Numbered from the stretch's first letter, positions 17,811 through 28,387 are shown. The stretch: DNA of 64,000 bases from an uncultured Bacilli bacterium (GCA_934168205.1 CAKPMX010000001.1:4799-68798), one strand, 5' to 3'. Numbers and translations: made by a program. The notes: a model not told the origin generated them from the letters alone.

Positions 17811-19667
17811 CTAATTATTCAAATACTTTTCAAGTATTTTGTGTAAATCTTTATATTTAAATGGTTTTGCTAAGTAATCAGTAAATCCTTCACTAACATA
17901 TCTATCTCTAGAACCTGAATATGAATTAGCTGTTAAAGCAATAATAGGAAGTGCACATCCATCATCACGTAGTATATGTACCGTAGCAATACCATCTAAT
18001 TCTGGCATCATATGATCTAAGAAAATTATGTCATAATGATTTCTCTTAACTAAATCAATACAGTCTCTACCATTAGAAGCACTGCTTAACTCTAAATTAA
18101 ATTGTCCTAACAAACGCATTGCTAATTTAACATTAACTGCATTATCATCAACAATTAAAGCCTTTTTACCAGTTAAATCTAATAGTTTCTTTTCAACAAC
18201 ATTAGAATTGTCAATTGATACAGCACCAATTTTCATATCATCAATAACATCTTGGTCAATACTTATAAGATATCTAGTACCTTTACCTTTTTCATTTCTA
18301 AAATCAATTGATCCACCAAGTATTTCAATAAGTCTTTTAGCAACAATCAAACCAAGTTTAATACTATCAGTACCTATTGTAGAACCTTCTTCAGAAAAAT
18401 CTTCAAAACTTCTATTAAATTCACTTTCAGTCATTTCATGACCTGTATTAGCAATAATCAAACTAAGTTTAAATGTTTCACCAACGTATGCACCACCAAC
18501 ATCAAGTGATACACTACCAAATTTAGTATGACTAATTGCGTTAGCTAAAATATTTACTAAAATCTTAAATAGCTTATCAGAATCACCCTTATACTTAGTA
18601 GGAATATTTCCATCTACATTAATCTTAAAGTCTAAAACATCTCTACTTACTTTTGAAACTATAACACTGTTAACTTCAAATAATAAGTCTTCAATTTTAT
18701 ATTCTTTTACATCGACTGTCTCCTTACCAGATTCAATTCTAGATATATCCAAAATATTATTAATTAATTCAAGTAAATCAGCACTAGCCTCTTTAATATC
18801 TTTTGTATCTCTTTTAACAATATCTTCAGTCAAATGTTTCTCTTCTAACATAGCTTGACTAAATCCTAAAATTGTATTCATTGGAGTCCTAATCTCATGA
18901 GAAATACTTGATAAGAAATCACTCTTTGCTTGATTTGCCTTTTCAGCCTCTTGTCTACTTTCTTCTGCCTGAGATAATAATCTAGTATCCTGACTTTCAA
19001 CTGTAAAATACATTGCGATAAGTAAGTAAGCATATAAGAAATAAATATAATTAACTCTATAATTAAAGAAAATAAATTCCAAACCTGTGATAACTACAAA
19101 TGATATACCAAAGAAAATAATTGGAAGATTTAATTCTTTAGGTTTAGTTTTTCTATACCTTAACATCATTATCAGTATCGCAATTGATCCAATACCACCT
19201 AAAGCATACACCGGATATAATGCGGGTCCACCAATGACAAGATAATTAGGATTAACTGCCGAATGGAACGTTACATTTAATGCACAAGATAATATGTAAA
19301 CCAAGGAATCAAAAATAATTAATACTATCCCCAAAATCCTACGCGTTTTTACATATGCACCAATGATATTAGAATCTACTGTAACAGCATAAATATAAAC
19401 AAGAACAATAGTCATCCAAACAATATCAGCTAAAATATGAAGTCTACATACAACCTCCGTAAGAATAGGATGCTGGTTAATAGTAACAATAGACCAAATA
19501 CAACCTATTTCAATAAAGCCTAGTATTGCTAAAGATACAACTAAAATTTTAAACAACAAAGTCGTTAAACGACCTTCTATATTAGCTCTCTTTTTCCAAA
19601 AATATAAACATAAAATAACAATTGAATAACATAATCCAACTATTCCTAATGCTGAACTAAAAATCAT
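17811..19667 (-). CDS. Hybrid sensor histidine kinase (polytopic sensor, HisKA, HATPase, REC)
   Basis: H-box SHEIRTPMNTI, HATPase motifs, and a C-terminal receiver with FLDHMMPELDG. Confidence 0.85.
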   Translation of the reverse strand: MIFSSALGIVGLCYSIVILCLYFWKKRANIEGRLTTLLFKILVVSLAILGFIEIGCIWSIVTINQHPILTEVVCRLHILADIVWMTIVLVYIYAVTVDSNIIGAYVKTRRILGIVLIIFDSLVYILSCALNVTFHSAVNPNYLVIGGPALYPVYALGGIGSIAILIMMLRYRKTKPKELNLPIIFFGISFVVITGLEFIFFNYRVNYIYFLYAYLLIAMYFTVESQDTRLLSQAEESRQEAEKANQAKSDFLSSISHEIRTPMNTILGFSQAMLEEKHLTEDIVKRDTKDIKEASADLLELINNILDISRIESGKETVDVKEYKIEDLLFEVNSVIVSKVSRDVLDFKINVDGNIPTKYKGDSDKLFKILVNILANAISHTKFGSVSLDVGGAYVGETFKLSLIIANTGHEMTESEFNRSFEDFSEEGSTIGTDSIKLGLIVAKRLIEILGGSIDFRNEKGKGTRYLISIDQDVIDDMKIGAVSIDNSNVVEKKLLDLTGKKALIVDDNAVNVKLAMRLLGQFNLELSSASNGRDCIDLVKRNHYDIIFLDHMMPELDGIATVHILRDDGCALPIIALTANSYSGSRDRYVSEGFTDYLAKPFKYKDLHKILEKYLNN

Positions 19668-19756
19668 CTAGCTCCACTCCCTCTTTCTCAATCAAACAAA
19701 AAACATTTGTTATGATTGTCTCACTATCATCTATAATAATTTTACACTAAAGATAT

Positions 19757-19790
19757 AAAAAATACAATAAATTAATATTGTATTTTTAAA
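19757..19790. terminator. Bidirectional rho-independent terminator (aatacaat / attgtatt stem flanked by A/T runs)
   Basis: Hairpin read directly, downstream of xfp. Confidence 0.5.
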
Positions 19791-19808
19791 TTTTTACATC
19801 AGAATATT

Positions 19809-22154
19809 TTATTTAATATCCCATTTCCAATTTTGAATATATGGCATATCTTCACCATATTCATGAATATAATCTTTATGTTTCTTTAACATATCTAAAC
19901 ACCAATCTACTAAAGCTTTACTAACATCTTTATATCTTGGTATTTCTTTTAAAGTAGCAATAACTAAATTGAATCTATCAATTTCATTTTGTACTCTGAT
20001 ATCAAAAGTAGTAGTAATTGTACCTTCTTCTTTATATCCATGTACATGCATATTACGATTATGTCTTTTATATGTTAACTGATGAATCAATGATGGATAA
20101 CCATGGAAGTTAAATATTATTGGCTTGTCTTTTGTAAATATCGTGTCATACTCTTGATCACTCATACCATGCGGATGAGTTTCAGGAGACTGTAGCTTCA
20201 TTAAATCCACTACATTAACAACTCTAATTTTTATACCCTTAACTGTTTTTCTTAAAATATCTACAGCTGCTAAAGTTTCTAATGTAGGAGTTTCTCCACA
20301 ACAAGCCATAATAACATCTGGATTTCCACCATCATTACTAGCAAAGTCCCAAACACCTAATCCTTTAGTACAATGAATCTTAGCTTGTTCTTTAGTTAAC
20401 CATTGTGGTCTAGGATGTTTAGAAGCAACTATTACATTTACATAATTTTTAGTTTTAATACAATGTTCAAAACAAGATAGTAAACAGTTAGTATCAGGCG
20501 GCAAATACATTCTAATAACATCAGCTTTCTTAGTTACTAAATGATTTAAGAAACCTGGATCCTGATGTGTATATCCATTATGATCTTGTTGAAAAACATG
20601 TGAAACTAATAAATAGTTTAAAGATGCAATTGGTGCTCTCCAAGGAATCTGATTACAAACCTTTAACCATTTAGCATGTTGACTAGCCATAGAATCAACT
20701 ATTCTAACGAATGCCTCATAACTATGAATAAATCCATATCTACCAGTAAGTAAATATCCTTCTAACATTCCTTGACATAAATGTTCAGATAAATAAGAAT
20801 CCATTACTCTACCAGTATTAGATAAAAATTCATCATCTGGTCTAATCTTCTTAAAATTCCAAGTTCTATTTTCAACTTCAAAAATATGATTAAATCTATT
20901 AGATAAAGCTTCATCCGGACCAAAGATTCTAAAGTTCTTATTTTCTTTATTTAAACTAAATACATCTCTTATATATTTACCAAGTTCCATAGTATCTTGT
21001 AAAACTATACTACCTGGTGCTTTAACTTCAACAGCATAATCCTGCCAATTAGGAGTAATAATATCTTTTAATAACAATCCACCATTAGCATAAGGACTAT
21101 TCCCCATGCATTTACTTGGTGTAGGGCATAAATCTCTAAGTTCTTTAATAAGTCTACCATTAGAATCAAATAATTCCTCCGGATGATAACTAAGTAACCA
21201 TTTTTCTAATGTCTTAATATTTTCCTGATTATCTCTAGTAATTGCTACGGGAACTTGATGAGCTCTAAAACTACCCTCAATTTTCTTAAAAGCTATCTCT
21301 TTAGGACCAGTCCAACCTTTAGGTGTAGTTAAAACTATTACTGGATAATTTCCAACACCAGTCTTTTTTATTTTCTTTATATCTTTAACAACTTTATCCA
21401 AAGTCTCAGCCATTTTTTCATGCATCCTCATAGGATCAGATCCAGATACAAAATATGGTTTCCAACTAAGTCCATAGAAAAAGTCTTCCATTTCCTCTTC
21501 GCTCATTCTACCAAAAATAGTAGGATTAGCTATCTTATATCCATTACGATGTAATATTGGCAAAACAACACCATCATTTTTAAAGTTTAAGAATTTATTA
21601 ATATTCCAAGATGTTGCTAAAGGACCAGTTTCTGCTTCACCATCGCCAACAACACAAGCTGCTATTAAATCAGGATTATCTAATACAGCCCCAGCTGCAT
21701 GAGCTAAACTATATCCTAATTCTCCACCCTCATGAATAGAACCAGGTGTCTCAGGAGCAACATGTGAAGAAACACCGCCAGGGAAACTAAATTGTTTACA
21801 AAGTTTCTTTAAACCGGCTTCATCTTCAGTTATTTCTGGATAGAATTTAGTATAAACTCCTTCTAAATAATTATTAGCAATCATTGCTTGTCCACCATGT
21901 CCTGGGCCAGATAAATAAATCATCTTTAAATCATACTTTTTTATGATTCTATTCAAATGCATATAAATAAAATTTTGTCCAGGAGCAGTACCCCAATGTC
22001 CTACTACATTAGGTTTTATATCTGTAATAACTAATCCTCTTCTAACTAAAGGATTATCTAATAAATATAATTGAGCAACAGATAAGTAATTTAAAGCTCT
22101 AAAATACTTATTCATTTTATTTAATTCTTTTTTTGATAACACTGGCATAAACAC
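19809..22154 (-). CDS. xfp: Xylulose-5-phosphate/fructose-6-phosphate phosphoketolase
   Basis: 781 aa. Full-length phosphoketolase signature, including the GPGHG TPP-binding motif and an EGGELGY motif. Confidence 0.9.
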   Translation of the reverse strand: MFMPVLSKKELNKMNKYFRALNYLSVAQLYLLDNPLVRRGLVITDIKPNVVGHWGTAPGQNFIYMHLNRIIKKYDLKMIYLSGPGHGGQAMIANNYLEGVYTKFYPEITEDEAGLKKLCKQFSFPGGVSSHVAPETPGSIHEGGELGYSLAHAAGAVLDNPDLIAACVVGDGEAETGPLATSWNINKFLNFKNDGVVLPILHRNGYKIANPTIFGRMSEEEMEDFFYGLSWKPYFVSGSDPMRMHEKMAETLDKVVKDIKKIKKTGVGNYPVIVLTTPKGWTGPKEIAFKKIEGSFRAHQVPVAITRDNQENIKTLEKWLLSYHPEELFDSNGRLIKELRDLCPTPSKCMGNSPYANGGLLLKDIITPNWQDYAVEVKAPGSIVLQDTMELGKYIRDVFSLNKENKNFRIFGPDEALSNRFNHIFEVENRTWNFKKIRPDDEFLSNTGRVMDSYLSEHLCQGMLEGYLLTGRYGFIHSYEAFVRIVDSMASQHAKWLKVCNQIPWRAPIASLNYLLVSHVFQQDHNGYTHQDPGFLNHLVTKKADVIRMYLPPDTNCLLSCFEHCIKTKNYVNVIVASKHPRPQWLTKEQAKIHCTKGLGVWDFASNDGGNPDVIMACCGETPTLETLAAVDILRKTVKGIKIRVVNVVDLMKLQSPETHPHGMSDQEYDTIFTKDKPIIFNFHGYPSLIHQLTYKRHNRNMHVHGYKEEGTITTTFDIRVQNEIDRFNLVIATLKEIPRYKDVSKALVDWCLDMLKKHKDYIHEYGEDMPYIQNWKWDIK

Positions 22155-22240
22155 CCTCCTATTCTTAATATATTATAACTTAAAATCACATAAAAAAAAA
22201 GGACAAAAGAAACAAATTTTCTCTTATCCAAATAATCAAA

Positions 22241-23455
22241 TTATATTAAATCATCATTCCTAGAAACATCATTAACTGGATTAGGAACATTAGTTAAAGA
22301 AGCAGGTTCTACTCCATTATTAACACCTTCAGATTGAACAGATGTAACAGGTACTTCAACACTAGACCCAGTACTAGGCATAACAGTATTAGCATTAACT
22401 GTATTGTTCATAGTAACATCATTATTAAATCCTGTGCTGGTACTCGTATTCATATTGCTCATATTATTCATGCTGTTTACACTATTAACATTATTCATAT
22501 TATTATTTGTCTCTGTAGGCATCACTGTAACACCAGTATTATTTATTGGAAAATTATTTCCAAACATATCTTGAGGTCCATTTGTTGGATTTACCATATT
22601 ATTATTAGTATTCATATTAGTAACACCAGTAACATTTTTCTTTTTTTTCTTCATAAAGAATATTACACCAATTGCTATTAAAGCAATTACTATAACAACA
22701 AGAATTGCTATATTACTTATATTATACACAGGAAAATCTAGCTTAATATCAGAATCATCATTTTGATATAAATTCATAAGATTCCAAGTTAAATGCTTAT
22801 CACCATCTTTTTCACTAGTAGCGTTACTACTAATTGCCTTATATGGAAGTTTAACTTCAAACTTCAAATCCATGCCCTTCATAGCTGTAGTATAGTCTAT
22901 ATCAGATGAATCAAATAAATCATCACTATCATCGTCATCATCATAATAATAGTCATCATCATCATAGTCATGATCATCGTCATCATCATAATCATCATCA
23001 AGCCTATAACTATCATCACCAGACATTAAATCATCAGAAGATGAACTCGAATCAATTTTCAATGTATAAATATTCTTAAAAAATCCTTTTTTTACTTGAA
23101 ATAATTTAACATTTTCATCTGTTAAAATTTCTTCCACATCAACTTCTTCAATTGCTCCTTCACTACTTAAATCATCAATATTTGGAAATTTACATAAAAT
23201 ACTTGCTCCAACCATATTTGATTCATTATAATCAGATACAGAACAATACTTATTCTTAACTTCATCCTTCAAACTAGAAATATCAGAATCATCACCATCA
23301 GTATTCATACTTTCATCAACTGCTACAATCATGCTGAAATCCATAGATTTGTCTTTCTTTATATCCATAGTCATATTATACTTAACACAACCAGTAGACA
23401 ACATCAACATAACAGCAATTAATAATAATTTAAATGTTTTAAAATTTTTTTTCAT
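22241..23455 (-). CDS. Lipoprotein (LSTGC lipobox) with a poly-Asp/Tyr acidic tract, one TM helix and an Asn-rich C-terminal tail
   Basis: Start moved to MKKNFKTF because an AGGAG RBS lies 6 nt upstream. The lipobox, a DDDDDHDYDDDDYYYDDDDD tract and the TM helix ILVVIVIALIAIGVIFF are all readable. Confidence 0.5.
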   Translation of the reverse strand: MKKNFKTFKLLLIAVMLMLSTGCVKYNMTMDIKKDKSMDFSMIVAVDESMNTDGDDSDISSLKDEVKNKYCSVSDYNESNMVGASILCKFPNIDDLSSEGAIEEVDVEEILTDENVKLFQVKKGFFKNIYTLKIDSSSSSDDLMSGDDSYRLDDDYDDDDDHDYDDDDYYYDDDDDSDDLFDSSDIDYTTAMKGMDLKFEVKLPYKAISSNATSEKDGDKHLTWNLMNLYQNDDSDIKLDFPVYNISNIAILVVIVIALIAIGVIFFMKKKKKNVTGVTNMNTNNNMVNPTNGPQDMFGNNFPINNTGVTVMPTETNNNMNNVNSVNSMNNMSNMNTSTSTGFNNDVTMNNTVNANTVMPSTGSSVEVPVTSVQSEGVNNGVEPASLTNVPNPVNDVSRNDDLI

Positions 23456-23538
23456 AATACACTCCTCTACTTTACTAAAAGTATAAAACATTTTAAATGA
23501 AAAGTAAAACAAAAAAAGAGAAATTTCTCTCTCTTTAC

Positions 23539-25419
23539 TTATTTAGAAATAACTTCACAAATTAAAGTGCTTATCTCTGTTGGATTTTCAATAGGAAGTC
23601 CAGCTATCATCTTAGCTTCTGCATAAAGTATCTTTGTATATTTGTCAAATTCTTCTTTATCATTTTCATATAAATACTTTAATTTTTCAGCGATTTGATG
23701 TTTCTCATTTATTTCTAATACTTTTTCAGCTTTAATACCCATGTCATTAGGCATAGCGTCAAATACTTTTTGCATTTCAATAGAAACATCACCTTTAGTA
23801 GTTAAACATACAGGATGTTTTTTTAATTTATTACTAAATTTAACTTCACTAACATCTCCTATTTCTTCCTTCATACGTTTTAAAAGTTCACTATTATCTT
23901 CATTAGCCTTCTTAATAGCGTCTTTTTCTTCTTCTGTTTCTAAACTTAAATCTTCACTCTCAACATTAGCAAACTTTTTACCATCATATTCTTGTATAGC
24001 TGTAATAGCGAACTCATCAACATAATCAGTTAAATATAATATATCATAGTCATGATCTTTAACTTGTTCTACTTGAGGAAGTGAATCAATTTTAGTAACA
24101 GATGCTCCTGCTGCATAATAAATTTTTTCTTGTCCTTCCTTCATATTATCAACATATTCTTTTAAAGTAATAAGTTTTTCCTCTTTAGCTGAATAAAACA
24201 TAATTAAATCTTTTAACTTATCTTTATCAGCACCAAAGTTATTATAAACACCATATTTTAATTGAACACCAAATGTCTTAAAAAATGAAATATAATTTTC
24301 ACGATCACTTTTTAACATTTCTTCTAATTCTTTACGAATCTTACTTTCAATATTTTTAGCAATTAATTTTAAATTATGACTTTCTTGTAATACCTCTCTA
24401 GAAATATTTAATGATAAGTCTTCACTATCAACCACGCCTTTAACAAAACTAAAGTAATCTGGTAACAAGTCAGCACACTTTTCCATTATCATAACGCCAT
24501 TTGCATATAAACTAAGACCCTTTTCGTAATCCTGTGTATAAAAATCATATGGTGCATGACTTGGTATAAATAATAATGATTTATATGAACACATTCCTTC
24601 AACTGAAGAAGTAATTATTTTTAATGGTTTATCATAGTCATTAAACTTATCCATATAGAAGTTTTCATAATCAGCATCTTCTACTTCACTCTTACTCTTC
24701 TTCCATATTGGAACCATACTATTTAATGTTTCTACTTCTTTTTTATCTTCATACTCATGTTTCTTCTCATCTTTTAATTCATGATGAGTAACTTCCATCT
24801 TAATAGGAAAACTTATATAATCAGAATATTTTTTAACTAATCCTTTAATTTGATATTCATCTAAATACTTACAATAATCTTCCTCATCTGTATCTTCTTT
24901 AATATGTAATACTATCTTAGTACCAATATCACTCTTCTTAGCTTTCTTAATAGTATAACCATCTGCTCCTTCACTTTCCCAAGTATAAGCTTCATCACTA
25001 TCAATTGATTTAGAGGTAACCGTTATTTTATCACTAACCATAAAAGCTGAATAAAAACCAACACCAAATTGACCTATCATATTAGTCTTTTCCTCATTAC
25101 TCATATTTTCTTTAAAAGAAAGTGTTCCTGATTTAGCAATAGTACCTAAATTATTTTCTAATTCATCTTTTGTCATACCACAACCAGTATCAGTAATAGT
25201 AAGAGTACGTTTATCATTATCAATATCTAAACGTATATATAAGTCATCTTTCTTTACCTTAACATTTTTATCAGTTAAAGAACGATAATATAACTTATCT
25301 AGTGCATCTGATGCATTAGAAATTAACTCTCTTAAAAATATATCTTTATTAGTATAAATTGAATTAATCATTAAATCTAAAAGTCTCTTAGATTCAGATT
25401 TAAATTCATGTTTTTCCAT
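23539..25419 (-). CDS. htpG: Molecular chaperone HtpG (Hsp90 family)
   Basis: N-terminal GHKL ATPase motifs (ELISNASDALDK, GQFGVGFYS). 626 aa. Confidence 0.9.
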   Translation of the reverse strand: MEKHEFKSESKRLLDLMINSIYTNKDIFLRELISNASDALDKLYYRSLTDKNVKVKKDDLYIRLDIDNDKRTLTITDTGCGMTKDELENNLGTIAKSGTLSFKENMSNEEKTNMIGQFGVGFYSAFMVSDKITVTSKSIDSDEAYTWESEGADGYTIKKAKKSDIGTKIVLHIKEDTDEEDYCKYLDEYQIKGLVKKYSDYISFPIKMEVTHHELKDEKKHEYEDKKEVETLNSMVPIWKKSKSEVEDADYENFYMDKFNDYDKPLKIITSSVEGMCSYKSLLFIPSHAPYDFYTQDYEKGLSLYANGVMIMEKCADLLPDYFSFVKGVVDSEDLSLNISREVLQESHNLKLIAKNIESKIRKELEEMLKSDRENYISFFKTFGVQLKYGVYNNFGADKDKLKDLIMFYSAKEEKLITLKEYVDNMKEGQEKIYYAAGASVTKIDSLPQVEQVKDHDYDILYLTDYVDEFAITAIQEYDGKKFANVESEDLSLETEEEKDAIKKANEDNSELLKRMKEEIGDVSEVKFSNKLKKHPVCLTTKGDVSIEMQKVFDAMPNDMGIKAEKVLEINEKHQIAEKLKYLYENDKEEFDKYTKILYAEAKMIAGLPIENPTEISTLICEVISK

Positions 25420-25434
25420 GTAATCATCTCCCTA

Positions 25435-25483
25435 CATTTTACTTATAACACTATTTTTAGCAGTTGTCAATAATGAGTGCCAA
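25435..25483 (-). promoter_or_regulatory. Promoter TTGACA-N17-TATAAG with an overlapping CIRCE-like inverted repeat (TTGGCACTC-N9-AACTGCTAA); htpG promoter and operator
   Basis: Read directly. It has the same architecture and the same distance to the start codon (about 38 nt) as the hsp20 and clpB sites. Confidence 0.5.
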
Positions 25484-25558
25484 TTTAATTTTTTACTTAC
25501 ATCAAAAATTAAAAAATATTATAATATAATTACAAATAACCACTAATTAGGAGGCAAT

Positions 25559-26050
25559 ATGTATAAAATAAATGACTATCTAGTCTATGGAAAAGACGTA
25601 TGTAAAGTATATGAAATAAATGAAAAAAGATTTAATAATACAGATTACTATTTATTAAAACCAATTAAAGATTCATCTTTAAAAATTGAAGTACCAGTAA
25701 CATCTAATAAAATAAGACCTGTAATAACAAAAGAAGAATTAACCAAAATAATAAAAGAAATTCCAAGTATTAAACCTATCGAAGCAAATGATAAATTCAT
25801 TGAAAATGAATATAAAAGATTATTATCAACACCAACTCATGAAAATTTAATAAGAATCATTAAAACAACTTATTTACGAAACAAGGAAAGATTAGAAAAT
25901 AATAAAAAGGTAGCTGAAAAAGATAAAAGCTACTTTGAACTAGCAGAAGAATATTTATACAATGAATTTTCTGTAGTATTAGGATACACTTTTGAAGAAA
26001 CAAAAGCTTATGTAATAAATGAAGTATTACAAAATGAAAAAAAGCGGTAA
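25559..26050 (+). CDS. CarD/CdnL/TRCF-domain family transcription factor
   Basis: An N-terminal RNAP-interacting fold (YLVYGKDVCKVYEINEKRF...YYLLKP) followed by a helical C-terminus. Confidence 0.65.
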   Translation: MYKINDYLVYGKDVCKVYEINEKRFNNTDYYLLKPIKDSSLKIEVPVTSNKIRPVITKEELTKIIKEIPSIKPIEANDKFIENEYKRLLSTPTHENLIRIIKTTYLRNKERLENNKKVAEKDKSYFELAEEYLYNEFSVVLGYTFEETKAYVINEVLQNEKKR

Positions 26051-26066
26051 ACTAAACCGCCTTTTT
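26043..26066. terminator. Bidirectional rho-independent terminator (GCGGT/ACCGC stem with flanking T and A runs)
   Basis: Hairpin read directly, between convergent genes. Confidence 0.55.
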
Positions 26067-26068
26067 GT

Positions 26069-26191
26069 TTAACTTAATAATGCTATCAAAATACCAGCAA
26101 TAAAGAAACTACTTGAAATAATCATTACAACTGTACCAATTACTTCAGCATATCCAAACTCATTTAATTTATTTTTATTTTCATCTTTCAT
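26069..26191 (-). CDS. Possible 40-aa single-TM peptide (MKDENKNKLNEFGYAEVIGTVVMIISSSFFIAGILIALLS)
   Basis: It falls below the ORF-track length cutoff. A GAGG-like RBS precedes it, and the ORF ends at the bidirectional terminator. Confidence 0.3.
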   Translation of the reverse strand: MKDENKNKLNEFGYAEVIGTVVMIISSSFFIAGILIALLS

Positions 26192-26512
26192 ACTGCAACC
26201 TCACTATCATCATTTACTATAATAAGTATATCATATTGCCAAAAAATATCAAACTACTTCTTTATGAATTCTTTCACCAGTTTCAATCAGTTAACATTAT
26301 AGTAAATTTATATATTACACAGAATATTATATTATTATGTCTTAACATACTATTATTATCATATCTTAAAACTTCAGCAATAACAGAATACTTTTTACAA
26401 TCTAAATCTTTACTATCAATATCATTTATAATATAAGCTATATACACAATTTCTATAAGAGCACCTAATTTCATATTTTTGTTCCAAAAAAAGAAAAGAG
26501 AAACTCTTTTCC

Positions 26513-28387
26513 TTAATAAGAACTACCTAAATAAGTTATAACAATAGCACCACCTGTACTACTTGGATTAGCACCAACTAATTTAGCCGTCGTACTAGCA
26601 GATAATCCTGTAAAGAAGCACTTATTAGAGATTAGCGATGAGCCTCCTCCAGCTCCACCAGCTTGGTTTGATGAAAGTGTACCAGCACCGCCGCCGCCAC
26701 CGCCACCGAAGTAGCCGCCACCGCCACCGCCTCCGTTACCAGTTCCATCTCCTCCTGCTAACAGAGTTCCGGCTTTACCAGCACCAGAATTTGCTCTAGC
26801 AACATATGTACCTCCAAGACCATTTTTTCCTTGTTTAGCCTGATTTAATGTACCATCTTCACCATGAAATACTGTACCAATGGTAATAACTGTACTAGTA
26901 CTATTCATATTACCAGCATCTCCACCATCTCCAGGTTTACCAGCAACAAGTGATGAACCAGAGCCGCCACCGCCGCCACCGACAATCATTAAAACATTGC
27001 CAGAATTAATCGTAGCTTCACTAATTGAAGTAGTATCTATCGCAAAAGCAGAATAGCCACCGCCACCACCAGGATAAGTTTGAGCACCATAACCGCCGCC
27101 ATTCGCACCACCACGAGAACTGCCAGATGCTTCACCATTACGAGCATTACCACCAAGAGTAAAGTATATCTTTTGATTATAATCTAAATTTGCAACAGCA
27201 TAAATATAGCCAGCTTCACCACGATAACCTGTGTTTTTGCTTGAGGCTCGATAATACTCTCCACCTTTACCACCCCACATCTCAATTAAATAATATCCAG
27301 GATGATAAACAGTGTCTTCTTTTGTTGTTGCCACCTTTCTATCAGTATTTACAAAAGTACCTGTAACCCAAGGCATCATTTCAAGTGAAACATTTTCAGT
27401 ATAATCACTACCGTTTAAAGTATAATTACCAGTTTTATCATAATATTCCAGCTTGGAAACAGTATAACTAAGTTCAGTTAAATCATCAGTAGTAACACTT
27501 TGTTGACCAATACCTGATACCAAAGTTTCTCCATCTTTCTTTTTGATTGAAACTAAAGCATCTGTTGGAGTTGGAGAAACAGTAAATGTATATTCTCTTT
27601 TTTGAACCAATTCTATACTTTTTGATAAAGGTCCAGTGACAATTTCAGTACCAGTCTGTGAATAATATCCATCTTTTGAAACAGACCAAGTAACTTCAGT
27701 CCCTTCATCTATTAACTTACTAACATAACCAGTTCCTGTTGCAAGTACTGTATCACCTTTTTGAAGAACTATTAAAGAATCATCTGGTATAGCAGAAATT
27801 TCATATACGTATTGTGGAATCTTATAAAACGTAAATTCCAAAGTAGATTTTAAATTAGAACTACTTCCATCAAAAAATTCTTTTAGCACTTCATATGAGG
27901 AACCAAGCAATTTACCAATGGTATCATTAGAAAATTTAAACTTAACTTGAAAAGTATACTCAGATGCAGCTGGTATAACAGTCTTATTAATTTCCATATT
28001 TATAAGCTCATAAGTAATAAGATTATTGCTAAAAACTTTATTTGCAATATTAGTTACTAAAACATTACTAGAAGACAAATTAGTAACTGTAATATCAAAA
28101 GTTACATAAGAATAAATAGCTCTTAACTGTATATCAGAGCTAAAATCTTTAACTGCATAAGAAGAGTTACTATTTACTCTACCTAAATTACCAGTTTCGG
28201 CAACCTGAGCATTAGTAATACGAATATCAGAAATAGCTCTAATTAGTCCTTCACCATTAATTGCCAAGGATGAAGAATAAGCAGAATATCCCAAAGTTAC
28301 TAACAAAATAAAAAAAGAGGTAATGATAAAAACAAAAGACCCAAGAAATTTAGAATTACTTTTTTTTGATCTTCTATTCCTTCTCAT
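26513..28387 (-). CDS. Large secreted protein: SipW-cognate-type signal region, a TasA/camelysin-like N-terminal domain, and a C-terminal polyglycine domain resembling the ALK/LTK-type glycine-rich domain
   Basis: The N-terminus LGYSAYSSSLAINGEG parallels the N-terminus of the neighbouring TasA-like protein. YVTFDITVTNLSSSNVLVTNI matches a TasA-fold strand motif. The C-terminal 260 aa contain MIVGGGGGGSGS and GGGGGGGYFGGGGGGGAG blocks reminiscent of Pfam Gly_rich. Confidence 0.55.
   Translation of the reverse strand: MRRNRRSKKSNSKFLGSFVFIITSFFILLVTLGYSAYSSSLAINGEGLIRAISDIRITNAQVAETGNLGRVNSNSSYAVKDFSSDIQLRAIYSYVTFDITVTNLSSSNVLVTNIANKVFSNNLITYELINMEINKTVIPAASEYTFQVKFKFSNDTIGKLLGSSYEVLKEFFDGSSSNLKSTLEFTFYKIPQYVYEISAIPDDSLIVLQKGDTVLATGTGYVSKLIDEGTEVTWSVSKDGYYSQTGTEIVTGPLSKSIELVQKREYTFTVSPTPTDALVSIKKKDGETLVSGIGQQSVTTDDLTELSYTVSKLEYYDKTGNYTLNGSDYTENVSLEMMPWVTGTFVNTDRKVATTKEDTVYHPGYYLIEMWGGKGGEYYRASSKNTGYRGEAGYIYAVANLDYNQKIYFTLGGNARNGEASGSSRGGANGGGYGAQTYPGGGGGYSAFAIDTTSISEATINSGNVLMIVGGGGGGSGSSLVAGKPGDGGDAGNMNSTSTVITIGTVFHGEDGTLNQAKQGKNGLGGTYVARANSGAGKAGTLLAGGDGTGNGGGGGGGYFGGGGGGGAGTLSSNQAGGAGGGSSLISNKCFFTGLSASTTAKLVGANPSSTGGAIVITYLGSSY

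Noticed and set aside
26236-26474. Small ORFs 26236..26436 (+) and 26283..26474 (-) in the gap before the fibre locus
   Set aside because: They are mutually overlapping and very AT-rich, with no RBS and low-complexity translations. The region is more likely a terminator and promoter spacer.
26640-26720. GC-rich (GGN)n tract as a possible independent element, such as an integron attC or G-quadruplex repeat
   Set aside because: It is in frame within the 624-aa gene and encodes poly-Gly. The compositional island is explained by codon content.
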